Translations under genes and position numbers: made by a program
In this document: piece after piece, positions 38,541 through 52,031 of the stretch
Position numbering within the stretch: position 1 is the first letter of the stretch
How the letters are laid out: every line of letters starts with the position of its first letter
Assembly (NCBI GenBank): GCA_013239625.1
Contig: MU056050.1
Location: 5,093,366 to 5,157,365, forward strand
Source: Lama guanicoe
Lineage: Eukaryota
DNA length: 64,000 nt
Direction of reading: 5' to 3'
The notes under the pieces: model-generated
Told to the model about the DNA's origin: nothing
Databases searched by the model: none
What the model saw: only the letters and a program-made list of their open reading frames with translations

Positions 38541-40017
38541 ATAGTAATGAAAACAGCATGATATTGGCACGAAAAGCAGACACATAGATCAATGGAACAA
38601 AATAGAGAGTCCAGAAAAAATCTCACTCACCTATGGCTAATGAATCTATGACAAAGGAGGCAAAAAAATACAATAGAGAAAAGACAGTTTCCTCAACAAC
38701 TGATGCTGAGAAAACTGGACAGCCACATATAAAACAATGAGATTAGAATATTCTCTTACACCATATGCAAACATAAACTCAGAATGCTTTAAAGACCTAA
38801 ATGTAAGACATATAACCATAAAATTAGAAGAAAACCTAGGCAGAACACTCTTTGATATAAATTGTAGCAATATTTTCTTGGATCAGTCTCCTAAGATGAA
38901 AGAAATAAAAGCAAAAATAAATAAATTGGATATAATTAAACTTAAAAGCTTTTTCACAGCAAAAGAAACCATCAACAAAATAAAAAGACAGCCTATGGAA
39001 TGGGAGAAAGTATTTGCAAATGATGCAACAGACAAGGGATTAATATCCAAAATCTACAAACAGCTCATACAACCCAATATCTAAAAAACAAACAACACAG
39101 TCAAAAAAATTGGCAGAAAACCTGAACAGACATTTTCCCAGAGAATACAGATAGCTAATAGGCACCTGGAAAGATGCTTGACATTGCTAATTATTAGAGC
39201 GATGCAAATCAAAACCACAATGAGATATCTCCTCACATCTGTCAGAATGGCTGTTATCAAAAGGCTAGAAATAAAAAGTGTTGACAAGGATGTGGAGAAA
39301 AGGGAACCCTCACACACCAATGTAAATTGGTGCAGCCATGATGGAAAACAGTATGGAGTTTCCCCCAAATCTAAAGATGGAACTACCGTAAGATCCAGAT
39401 ACTCCACCCCTGGGTATGTATTTGTAAAAAACAAAAACAATAATTTGAAAAGATCCTTGTATCCCAATGTACATAGCAGCACTATTTACAATAGCCAAGA
39501 CATGGAAGCAACCCAGGTGTCCATCAATGGATGAATGGATTAAGAAAGTGAGGTATATATACAATGAAATACTACTCAGCCATAAAAATAATGAAATATT
39601 GCCATTTGTAGCAACATAGATAGACTTGGAGGATATTATGCTTAGTGAAATAAGTCAGACAGAGAAAGACAAATACTATATGATATCACTTACATGTGGA
39701 ATCTAAAAAATAATACAAATAAATTGTATATGCAAAAACAGAAACAGACTTACAGATACAGAAAAAATCTAGTGGTTATCAAAGGGGAGAGGGAAGGGAC
39801 AAATTAAGGATATGGGATTAACAGATACAAAACAGATATTATTCATATAATAGGTAAGCAGCAGGGATATACTGTATATCACAGGAAATTGTAGCCATTA
39901 TCTTTTAGTAACCTATAATGGAGTATAATTTGCAAAAGTACTGAATCACTATGATTAAACCTGTAACTAACATAATATTGTAAATTAACTGTACTACCAT
40001 TTTAAAAAAAAAGAAAA
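38541..40017 (+). mobile_element. 5'-truncated L1 (ORF2 C-terminus, 3'UTR, A-tail)
   Basis: ORFs 38737-39084 ('[18 protein letters not shown]') and 39178-39534 ('[12 protein letters not shown]'), A-rich tail at ~40004-40017. Confidence 0.93.
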
Positions 40018-41699
40018 TGGAACAAAAAACATGATACAGTTCCTTGACCAAATATTTTAGCCATCTAGACTCAGATAAAAAGTGTAAGAATAACAAAGAG
40101 TAACACAATCTACCGCGTGTCCAGTTCTCACCTGACCCTCTCTGCATGATAAACTGATATTCTTCACACATAACTGTAACTTTATTAATATAAACTTATC
40201 TTTGTGTCTTACTACAAATATTTTTTAAAATTGTGGTGTGTGTTTTAAAATTAGTCATAGATATGTGACCTAGTACCATAGTATGGTATTTTGAGTTTCC
40301 CTCCATTCATGTTTTGTCCACCAATTAATTCTTTGTACAAATATTTATTTCTCATATTTTGCTACTTTTTCCAATATTGGTACACTGAAGCTGGCAGCCA
40401 GTGTCTCAGGACCACTTCTAAGTCTACTGGAAGCTATTACTTGCAGAGTTTTTGTCTGCTTGTCCATATTGCATCAACAAATATGTATATTATGGAATGA
40501 TAGTTTGGAAGTCCTTTGTGAATGTAGCACTGTTGTACCATAAAACAGGTCACTGTCTTAACCTCCTGCCTATGAGGTAGATTAGCTAGAAGTTAAAGCT
40601 ATTAATGTATAATTTTAAGAATTAGTGTTTTAGCATCCTATTTCTTTGTCTAGTGTTCATTCTGAAGCAACTGTGACAAAAATTATTTTCATTGTTCTAT
40701 AGGGAGATCCTGCTTTGTCATATTACATCTATTGCTAAAACTCAGGGATCCTTGTTGGCAGTTGAGGCAGATAAATTTGTCAGAGAGATAATGCTCCAGG
40801 TTCCAGGGACCCAAATGATCTCTGTCTCTGGGTCAGTGTCATTAATGATTACAGTATTGATAAGCTCAAGTTAAAGTTGCCTGCTCAGACCTCTCTTCCA
40901 TATTAACTGTTCAGAATTGGATATCCATGATAAAATTTTTTACAACAATGAAAATTGTCACTCTGCCAGCTTGATAAATTGTAGCCCCAACTGGCAGAGC
41001 CGTTTGCCTTGCAGTAAGCACAAAATGATAGATCTTTGCTGAATACAAACTATAATGCTTGCACCTTTCACAGTTAGTTTAGCTTGTAAACACACAGGGA
41101 AAAAAAAGACTTTGATAAAAATTGATGGTTATGTACAAAACAAGTCTACAAGTAACTTTTTTTTTTAGTTAAAGGGTATCACCTCAGTTATTGAAAGCTA
41201 GCCTAAATGAATACCCTAAAACAGTTGAAGATTATGGTTCAAAACTTCCTGTGGCATATAGTAAACTGATTATTTCCCACACATTTTAAACTAGTTTAAC
41301 TTTCACCAATCTGTTATTTCTAATCTGCAAAAAAGTCTCCTTTCATCTTTTATTACTTTCTACTCAGAACTTGAGAATTTACTGGTACATTGTATAAACA
41401 TTGTACCATTGGTTACATAGGTGTCTCTCCAATACCAAGTAATTGTAACATATAAACAAATAGCCACCCTGGGTGTACTATCAAAAAAATAGAGAGTTAT
41501 GGATATATTTCAAAATGTTTTAAGTATGCTGTTGTGTGATACGCCAGATTAATCCTTAGGCCTGCTTCTTTTCCTTAGTTACTGAGTAAATGCGATGATA
41601 TCTGAACAATTCTATGATATATCCAGAAATTGATGTTAATCAACCCTGCTCAGGCAGGACTCAATTTATAGGTGTGAATTTAATAAAGAGGAATTCTTT

Positions 41700-44600
41700 G
41701 GCGGGGGGAATTACTCAAGTCTACATTACTCTGGTGATTTTTAAGATATGTTACACCAACACTGCTTCTTCAACTTTAGGCTACCCAGATTACTTATTAT
41801 TTTATATCATTATATATGTTCTGTGCATATTATACCTCTACTTCTGTACAGCACGTTTACCATCAAAAGTTCAGTTTCCATTCGTCACCATGGTATTGAA
41901 CTCTTTTGCCCATTTTGCCCTCTTCCCACACCATTTTCCCTCTGGTAACCACTACTCTGCTCTCTGGATCTATGTATTTGTGTTTGTTGTCTGCATCTGA
42001 GTCAAATCATATGGTATTTGTCTTTCTCATTTGACTTATCTCACTTGGCATAATACCCTCAAGGTCCATCTGTGTTGTTAAAAATAGCACAATTCCATCT
42101 TTCTTATGGCTGAGTAATATTCCTGTGTGTGTGTCTGTAATTTTCTTTTTTCATTCATTGATTGATGGACACATATTTTGTTCCCATGTCTTGACAATTG
42201 AAGTAATGCTGCAGTGACCCTGGGGGTGTGTATACCTTTTCAAATTAGTGTTTTCATATTCTTTGAATAAATAGCCAGAAGTAGAATAGCTGGATCACAT
42301 GGTAGTGCTATTCTTAATTTTTTGAGAAATTTCCATACTGTTTTCCATAGTGGCTCCACCAATTTACATGCCCACCATCAGTGTATGAGGGTTCTCTTTT
42401 CTCCGCATCCATAACAAGTTATTTCTTGCCTATTTGGTATTAGCTATTCTGACAGGTGTGAAGTGATATCTCATTGTGGTTTGATATGCATTTCGCTGAG
42501 GATTAGTAATGTTGAGCATCATTTCATTTGTCTGTTGGCCCATCTGTATGTCATCTTTGGAAAAATGTCTATTTTGCTCCTCTGTCCAGTTTTTAAAATT
42601 GAGTTTTTGTTGTTGCTTTTGAGTTGCAGGAGTTCTTCATATACTTTAGATCTTAACCCCTTATCAGACATACGATTTGCAGATACCTTCTACCATTCAG
42701 TAGGTTGTCTTTTGATTATGTTGATAGTTTCCTTTGCTGGACAGAAACATTTTAGTTTCATGTAGTTCCATTTATTTGTTTTTTGCTTTTGTTTCCCTTG
42801 CTTGAGGAGACATATCCAGAAAGATATTGCTAAACTGATGTACGAGTGTACTGTGTATTTTTTTAGGATTTTTATGGTTTCACAAGTTACATTCAAGTCT
42901 TTAATCCATTTTGAGTTTATTTTTGTGTATGGTGTGAGGTAGCAGTCTAGTTTCATTCCTTTGTATGTGGCTGTTCAGTTTTCCCAACACCAATTACTGA
43001 AGAGACTATCCTTTCTCTATCATGTGTTCTTTGCACCTTTGTCATAAATTAACTATACATATATGTATAAGTTTACTTCTGGGCTTTAATCCTGTTCCAT
43101 TGATTTATGTGTCTGTTTTGCTGCCAATACAACACTGTTTTGATTACTATAGCTTTGTACTATAATTTGAAATCAGGGAGTGTGATACCTCTAGCTTTTT
43201 TCCCCCCCAAAATTGCTTTGGCTGTTTGGGCTGTTTTGTGTTTCCATATTAATTTTTTTTAATTTGTTTTATTCATTAGAAAAATGTCATTGGGTTTTGG
43301 TAGGGATTGCATTCAATCTACAGATTGCTTTAAATAATATAGATGTTCTAATACTGTTACTTCTTCAAATTCATGAGCATAAAATATCTTTCTATTCCTT
43401 TATGTCTTTTATTTATTTCAATAATGTTTTACAGATTCAGTGTACATGTCTTTTACCTCTTTGGTTAAATTTATTCCTAGGTATTTTATTCTTTTTGTGT
43501 GTGACTATAAGTGGGATTGTTAACTTAATCTCTCTTTCTGCTAGTTTACTGTTAGCATATAGAAATGCAACAGATTTTTGTATATTGATTTTGTACCCTG
43601 CAACTTTACTGTACTGATTTATTATTCCTAATAGTTTGGGGGTTTTTGGTGAAGTCTTTAGTGTTTTCTGTACATAAATTTGTGTCATCCTCATATAGTG
43701 ACAGTTTTACTTGTTCCTTTCCAGTTTGGAAGTTTTTTCTTTTTCTTGCCTGATTGCTCTGGCTAGGACTTCTAATACAATGTTGAATAAGAGTGGAGAG
43801 AATGGGCATCTTTGTTTTGTTCCTGATCTTGGAGGGATAGCTTGTAGGTTTTCACCTTTGAATATGATGTTAGCTGACAATTTGTCATATATGTCCTTCA
43901 TTATGTTGAGGTACATTCCTTCTATACACATTTTATTGAGAGTTTTTATCATAAATGTGTATTGAATTATGTCAAATCATTTTTATACCTATTGAGACTA
44001 TCATGTATTTTATTTCATTTTGTTAATGTGGCATATCTCACTTATTGATTTGCAGATGTTGAACCATCCTTGCATCTCTGTAATAACACCATTTGATCAC
44101 AGTGTATAATCTTTTTAATATATTGTTGAATTATATTTGCTAATACTTTCTTGAGGATTTTTACAACTATGTTCATTAGAAATATTGGCCTATAATTTCC
44201 TTTTTTTGTGTTGTCCTTGTCTGATTTTGGTATCAGGGTTATGTTGGCCTTGGAAAATTAGGAGGAAGTGTTCCTTCTTTTTCAATATTTGGAAGAGTTT
44301 GAAAAGTATAGGTTTTAAATCTTTTTTGAATGTTTGGTAGAATTCATCTTTGAAGACTGGACTTTTTTTGGGGGGGGGGGGTTACTACTCTTTTTAAGCT
44401 CCTTACTAGTGACTGGTATATTCAGATTTTCTATTTCTTCATGACTCAGTCTTGGAAGGTTGTATGATTCTAAGAAGTTACCCATTTCTTTTAGGTTCTC
44501 CAATTTGTTGGTTTATAGCTGTTCATAATATTCTCTTATAATTCTTTGTATTTCTGTGTTATCCATTGTAATTTCTCCTCTTTTGTTTTTTATTTTACTA

Positions 44601-47600
44601 ATCAGAGCAATCTCTTTTACCTTATCGAGTCTAGCTAAAGGTTTGTCCATCTTGTTCATCTTTTCGAAGAACTGGCTCTTAGTTCCATTGATTTTTTTTC
44701 TATTTTCTTTTTAGTCTCTACTTCATTGATTTTCAATCTGATCTTTATGCTTTCTTTCCTTCTTCAGACTTTGGACTTTGTTCTTTTTTTCCCCCTAGTT
44801 CCTTTAGGTTGTTTGAGATTTTTAGATTGTTTGAGACTTTTCTTTCTTCTTGGGATAGGCCTAATGCTATAAATTTCTCCATACCACTTTTGCTGCCTCC
44901 CATAGGTACTGGTATATTTTTATTTTCATTTGTCTTCAGGATATTTTTATTTTACTTTGATTTCTTCATTGACCCAATAGTTGTTCAGTAGGGTGTTGTT
45001 CAGTCTCAATATATTTGTCATTTATCCAGCTTTCTTGTAGTTGATTTCTAGTTTTATACCATCATAGTTGGGAAAAGATGCTTTATATGATTTCAGTCTT
45101 CTTAAATTTATTAAGATTTATTTTATGCTTCCAAAATATGGTCTGTCCTTGAAAATGTTCCATATACACTTGAGAAGAATATGTATTCTTCTACATTTGG
45201 ATAGAGTGTTCTGTATAAATCAGTCAAGTTCTTCTGGTCTAATATTTCATTTAAGGTGGCTCTTTCCTTGTTGACTTTCTGCCTGGATGACCAATCCACT
45301 GATGTAAGTGGGATGTTAAAGTCTGCTACTATTATTGCATTGCTATCAATTTCAACCTTTAAGTCTGTTCATTGCTTTATATATTTTGGTGTTCCTATGT
45401 TAAGTGCATACATATTAATAACTGTTATGTCCCACTTATAAAATATTCCTTTTATCATTATATAATATATAATATCTATCTTTTTCTTTTTTTTTTTTTT
45501 TGGTTTTAAATCTTTTGTTTTCTATTTGTATGTCTTCATTGAATTTCTTTTTGCTGCCATTTTCTTTGAGTCATTTCTTTTGGCTGCCATTTGCTTGGCG
45601 TCTCATCTTCCATCTCCCTTCACTTTGAAACTTTATGTGTCTTTAGAACTGAGGTGACTCTCCTGGAGGCAGCAGATAGTTGGGTCTTGTGGCTGTGTGT
45701 TTGTTGGTGTTGTTTTTAAATTGTAGTTGATTTACAGTATTGTGTAGTTTTGGGTGTACAACATGATTTAGTTTTATATCTATAAATATGTATATTCTTT
45801 TCAGATTATTTTCCATTATAGGTTATTAAAGATATTGAATGTAGTTCCCTGTGCTCTAAAGTAAATCCTTGTGGTATATCTATCTATTTTATATATAGTG
45901 GCATGTATCTGTTAATCCCATACTCCTAATTTATCTTTTCCTCCCAGCTTCCCCTTTTGGTAACCATAAGTTTTTTTTTTTTCCCTATGTCTGTTAGTCT
46001 GTTTCTGTTTTTTAAATAAATTCATTTGTATTATTTTTAGATTCTACATAAATGATATATCATATAATATTTGTCATTCTCTGTCTGACTTACTTCACTC
46101 AGTATGATAATCCCTAGGTCCATCCATGTTGCTGCAAATGGCAGTATTTCATTCTTTATTATGTCTGAGTAATACTTCATTTTATATATACTACACTTTC
46201 TTCATGCAGTCATCTGTTAATGGCTACTTAGGTTGTTCCATGTCTTGGCTATTGTAAATAGTGTTGCTAAGAATCTTAGGTTCCATGTGTTGTTTCAAAT
46301 TAGAGTTTTTGTATTTTCTGGAGCTATGCCCAGGAGTGGAATTGTTGGATTATATGGTAACTCTACTTTTAGATTTTTAGGGTCTTGTGTTTTAATCCAG
46401 CCAGCTGCTCTGTGTCTTTTGATCAGTGAATTTATATTTAGAGTGATTATTGATAAAATGATGGTAATAAGTTCTCATTTATCTTTTGTTTTCTGGTTGG
46501 TCTATGTCTTCGTTTTTTATCTTCATTTGTTTGTTTGCTAATTTGTTAGTAGTTTTCTATGATATTTTTCTGTTTCCTCTTTTTTTGTGTATTTTGTCTG
46601 TGCTCTATATGTATGATTTGTGGTTACCATGAGGTGTTTAAAAGCTGTCTCATAGATATAGTCGTTTTTATACTGATAACATCTTATCTTTATTTGCCTA
46701 TATGAGTTCTATTCTTTTTCTCTTCCCTTTTTATGTTTTTGTTGTCTCATATTACCCATTTTTATGTTTTGAGTTTATTACCAAAGTGAAGTAATTGTAG
46801 TAATTTTTCCTTTTTCCTTTTAACTTTCTATGCCATTATTATTTAATAACCTATTAGAATATGAATTTAAAATTCTCTGATTCTGTCTCTCTATCACCTT
46901 AGTCAGAGTTTTCTGTGCTTTTGCCTTTTTGACTCAGATAGAAGAGCTCCTTTCAAGATATCTTGTAAGACAGGTCTAATGTTGATGAACTCCCTCAGGT
47001 TTTGTTTGTCTGGGAGAGGCCTTATTTCTCCTTCATAGCTGAATGATACCTTGCTAAATAGTATATTGAATGATGGTTTTTATCTTTCAATATTTTGTGT
47101 ATGTCATTCTACTCTCTCCTGGATTATAGAGAAATCTGCCGATAGCCTAATGGGTGTTCCTTTATATAGGTTACTGTTCTTTTTTCCCTTGCTGCCTTTA
47201 AAATTCTGTCTTTGTCATTGACTTTGGACAGTTTTAATATAGTGTGTCTCGTAGAATGTCTTTTTGCATTCAGGTAATTGAGTGTTCTCTTAGCTTCATG
47301 GGCTTCTATATGCAGTTCTTTTCCAAGATTTGGGAAGTTCTCAGCTTTTATTTCTTTAAATGAATTTTTGGGTACCTTCTCCCCTTCTCCTTCTCGGATG
47401 CCCATCATCCTAATTTTGTTCTTCCTTACAGAGTTGAATGGTTCTCATAGACTTTCTTTATTTTTTTAGATCCTAATTCTCACTCCATTTTTATCTGTAT
47501 CACTTCTAAAGTTCTATCTTTGTACTGTAATTCTGTATTCTATATGGTCTGCTCCATTTCCAGTGTTTCTAATGCATTCTTCATCTCATTTTTTGAGTTC

Positions 47601-48385
47601 TTCAGCTCCATAATTTCTGTTTGGTTCTTTTTTAGTTTCAATGTTTTTGGTAAAGTTTTCCTTCCAGTAGGTGGCTCTATAGCACAAGTTTTTTGTTTCT
47701 CCTACCTCGGCTACCTCTGGTTATACTTGAGAATCAACATTTAACATCCTGTATTACCTCTTTTAGAGACATCTCCCTTCGTTGTTGCTACTTGTGCCTC
47801 TGGGTTCATGCATGACTTGCTGCTACCAGTGTCGCTGGCATTGCTCCCTGTGACAGCAAAATGGCGGGTGCCTCTAATGGGTCTAGGGTCTCCTCAGTTG
47901 TAGGCTCCACCATCATGAGGAGGTATGGAGACCCAAGGTCGTAGGTGTATTTGCCATGACTAGGGTTGTCAGGTTCATGGGTGCCACTACTGCTGGTGGA
48001 GTTGGGAGGCCAGAATCATGGGTACCTCCATGGCTTCAGGGACAGGGTCACAGGTTCCTCTGCCCTACTGTCCACTACCCTGTGGCTGTGGGCACCACTA
48101 CAGCTGGCAGGCTGATTTTGTGTGTGATGCCATCTCCAGTGCTGCTGGGTCCTCTGGGGCTGAGGGCTTAGCCGCTGCAGCTGGTGGTCCATGATCACAG
48201 GTACTGCCTCCACTGCTGGTTCTACTTCCTCTGTTTTCCAGTCCACCCACCTTTAGATGTACAGATATGTACAATTCTCGGACATCTTGGTTTATAGGCA
48301 AAGGCATATTTTTTGAGTTATGGATATAGCTTGAAGAGGAGAGACAAAGGGAGCATTTCATGATACCATGCTGCTGACATCACTC
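41700..48385 (-). mobile_element. Near-full-length decayed L1 (5'UTR, ORF1, ORF2, 3'UTR)
   Basis: Exact 11-bp TSD aggaattcttt (41689-41699 and 48386-48396). ORF1 piece 47124-47408 ('AENFPNLGKE...ILKAAREK') and ORF2 pieces at 42690-44503, all frameshifted. Confidence 0.92.
45692..46379 (-). mobile_element. Younger truncated L1 nested in the long L1
   Basis: Exact 10-bp TSD gggtcttgtg (45682-45691 and 46380-46389) around L1 3'UTR sequence. Confidence 0.9.
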
Positions 48386-48559
48386 AGGAATTCTTTATTA
48401 AATGTTACCTTTTTCAACAATTATCTTAAAGTTCTAGCTTAAACCAAATACACAGAAAGCAAGAACCTTCCAAGTTATATATAGTCATTACTTTAATCAC
48501 CTGCTCTCAATCCTTATCATTCCTAGTTCCTTTTTACTTTAATCATGTTGTTCAGTAAC

Positions 48560-49970
48560 TTCACAGAGATAGATGCAGAAATAAAGAGATGTTCATGTAT
48601 GCATTAGATAGTATTACTACATATGATTTCTAACACCACCCACAGAAGATGACTAGAAGCAATGACTCTTCAGTAGGAATGAGCATATCTAGCAACCAGA
48701 TATTAGTTTTTTACTTTTTTACCTTTGTCAGTTTAGTGTTGTCAATTTCTGGTATACAGCACAGTGCTTCAGTCATACATGATATACATATATTCACTTT
48801 CATATTATTTTTCACTGTAAGCTGCTACAAGATAACAAATATAGTTCCCTGTGCTATACAGTATAAACTTGTTTATCTATTATATATATACCAGTCAGTA
48901 TCTGCAAATCTTGAAGTCCCAGTTTATCCCTTCCCACCCCTTTAACCCTGGTAGCCATAAGTTTGTTTTCTATGTCTGTGAGTCTGTGTCTGTTTTGTAA
49001 ATAAATTGTCTTTTTTTTTTTTTTAAGATTCCACATATGAGTGATAGCATATGGTATTTTTCTTTCTCTTTCTGGCTTACTTAACTTAGAATGACATTCT
49101 CCAGGGACATCTATGTTGCTGCAAATGGCATTATTTTATTATTTTTAGTTTCTAAGTATAATTTGTCACTAAAAGGAACCAAGGCTCTTTGCCGAAGTTG
49201 TTGACTTCAAACTGGGGCAGGGGATGAATGTTCAAGCTGAATTTGGAGCATCTTGTGATTTCAGAAATAAGGATGTACTAAAACAAAATATTAATGGAGT
49301 TATATCAAAAAGGCACAGAAGCCAACTTGAAAGAGCTCACAAGTTTGGCCAAATTTGGAAAAACTTGAGCAACAAAATAAATAACAATATTATTGATCAT
49401 AACCCCTCCCAAATAAAATAGATAACCACTTGGTCATAATGATTTAATTAAATAATTGAGGAAGAAGGGACAACCCCTCCTTCTGGAAGAATCATCCTTA
49501 GAACCCAAAATTAATAATTGCTGGTACAAGTGTACCAAACGATGATAAATCTGGTGGGCAAAATTTTAAGGAGGCAGAATATTTGCATAACCTTAAACTA
49601 CCCCCAAATATTACTTACAAAAGAGAAACCTGAGAGCACCATGCAAACCGAGGGATCAAGGTTAATATCCACAATTATAAAGTATCATGACATCATATGA
49701 TGTCTGATACTATAGACAAAGAAGGACACGTTACCCATATGGTATTTGTATCAGTAACAATAATGCATTACCTCAATGTGATCATGAAAAAATATCAGAG
49801 AGACACAAATTGAGGGGCATTCTACAAAATAACTGACCAATACTCTTTAAAGTTGTCAAAGAGTTATGACAACTACAACAATATGGGGTCTCTGATTAGA
49901 TCCTGGAATAGAAAAAACTACATTAGCGGTAATCAGTAAAATTTTCATGACGTCTGTTAATTTCATTAAT
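48560..49970 (+). mobile_element. L1MC4/5-like 3' region, interrupted by a young L1 3' end (minus strand, ~48710-49144)
   Basis: cactaaaaggaaccaagg and aaattgaggggcattctacaaaataactgacc motifs. The insert is flanked by ttagttt (48703-48709 and 49145-49151). Confidence 0.75.
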
Positions 49971-50699
49971 AACCAGATTCCAGTGTATGAGGTGTTCTAG
50001 GTGTATGAGGTGAATTTTGTTTCATAAGTTTGTGAAGGATGAAAAAATTCAGTTAGGCAGACAGATGGGATGAAATATTTTATTTGCTTGGTTGTATTAT
50101 GGCAGGAGAGATACAAGCGTACTTAACTGTTGATGACAAAGATAGTACATAGAAGGTGAAGAAAGAGAAAGGAAATGGATAGGATAATTAAAACTGTCAG
50201 GTACGTGGAAGGAAGGGAATCATGACTCAATAGATATTGAGGGCTACTATTTCCACCCTTAACAACTGGAAAGTTGGACATTTGCATCATAATATAAGAA
50301 CCATATGTATATATTGGAAGCCTGGGTATTGAGAAAGTGGTTGGATTAGGTTGGGAGTTACTGGTAGTTACCTGCTTGTAGACTTGATACAATATGGGGC
50401 AAGTAAGCAGTGAATGGTATGTAATATTTTATAGACTCATCTGTATTTTTGTTTGTATCAGTAGTTTTGTTCCCTTTTATTGCTAAGGAGAATTCCATTC
50501 AATCTCATGAAGGTAACACAATTGATTTAACCATTCATCTCTTAATGAAGATACTGATATATAGACTATCAGAAATAGAGCTGACAAACATTCCTGTACA
50601 AGTATTTATGCATGCACATGTTTTTATTGCTCTTGGTTAAGTACCCAACAGCCTTATAAGAAACTGCTAAACTACACCATCAGTGAGTGGCAGCCTTGT

Positions 50700-50925
50700 T
50701 ATCATTTGTTATTCATTTTATGCTAGTTGTTGTTATACATCCTAAACATTTTACAAAAATTATTCATATTAAATCCTTGAAACAGTTCTACTTGGTGAAT
50801 TCCTGTGTAGTTACCAGTAAGGAAACTGAGAATCAGAGAAACAATGTCATATGCTTGAGGTTATAGAGCTAATAACTGTGAAGCTGGGATTTGATTCCAA
50901 GGTGCTTGGATTCTAGAATCTGCAT
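50700..50925 (-). mobile_element. MIR
   Basis: aaggaaactgagaatcagagaa...gaagctgggatttgattccaagg. Confidence 0.7.
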
Positions 50926-52031
50926 TGTAACAGGAACATTCAACTAGTGTCATTCCTGGCTTTAGGAATGGCTTTTGAAGATTTATGAGTAAACCTAAAT
51001 TTTCCATTTTTCTGGGGTCTGCTAGTGGAAACCGGTTACTTGGCCAGTTACTGTGCTTAGGAAACTGCAGTAACTTTGATTTTCCTTTTCTTCTCTTTAT
51101 TTTCTTAATATTTCATTAATAGTTACACAAATAAAGTGATTTAGCAATAGCAGATGAAACTTAATATGCCAGTTGTTTGTGGTTGATGTCCACATGAAGA
51201 GATAACTGTAGTCATAAGATGGAACTTAAACAAATTAAAGAAAGGCATTCAAATTTGTTAGTAGCTCACAACTACCAAGGAAAGCAAATTGTGACACTGT
51301 GTTAGTGAATGCTAAATCCACTACAAAAAATATTATTCAAGAGAGAAAAAAATAGTGGAGTTTGAATAGGCAATATAAGCTCTTAATGGCAATATTATTC
51401 AGGAGAAAGACAGAAACCTATATAAACACTGTCATATTTATAAATTTGGTATGACTCGAGAGTTGCTACCAAATTGATCTTTCTTCTTTACTACATTCTG
51501 TGAGAAAAATAATATGCTATAAAGATACTCAATAATTTGGAGATTTGTGAAGTCCTTTTGGAATACCCTTCACTATTTTCAATAGTCATTTTTTAACCTT
51601 TGCATTTAATAGAATGAATTATAATTATCTGCTTATGTGCCTGTCTTTTTTATCCCACTGCGAGCTCTTTTATGATTGAGATTCTACCTGATTAATCTTT
51701 ATTTCCCCAGCAGTTAGCACAGTACTTGCTTGAAACCTTATGGCAGGGACTCAAATGACTATTTAGTGACCAGAATGAATGTATAAGTAAGTGAACAAGA
51801 CACTCAAGGAGAGGCTTTGTACAGTTACAATCACAGAAAATTGCTGCACTGTTAATAATATAAAATTTAGCAAAGAAGTTTTGCTTTAGGGGCAAAGTAT
51901 TTTAGACCTTACAAGAAAGAATATTGGCTGTTTCCTAAACCAAAGAAGATAACTTATAAGAGACCTATTGGGCTGTGTGGAGCACAACAAAATAGATGTC
52001 TGAAATTCTACTTCTAACAAGATGTATTTTC

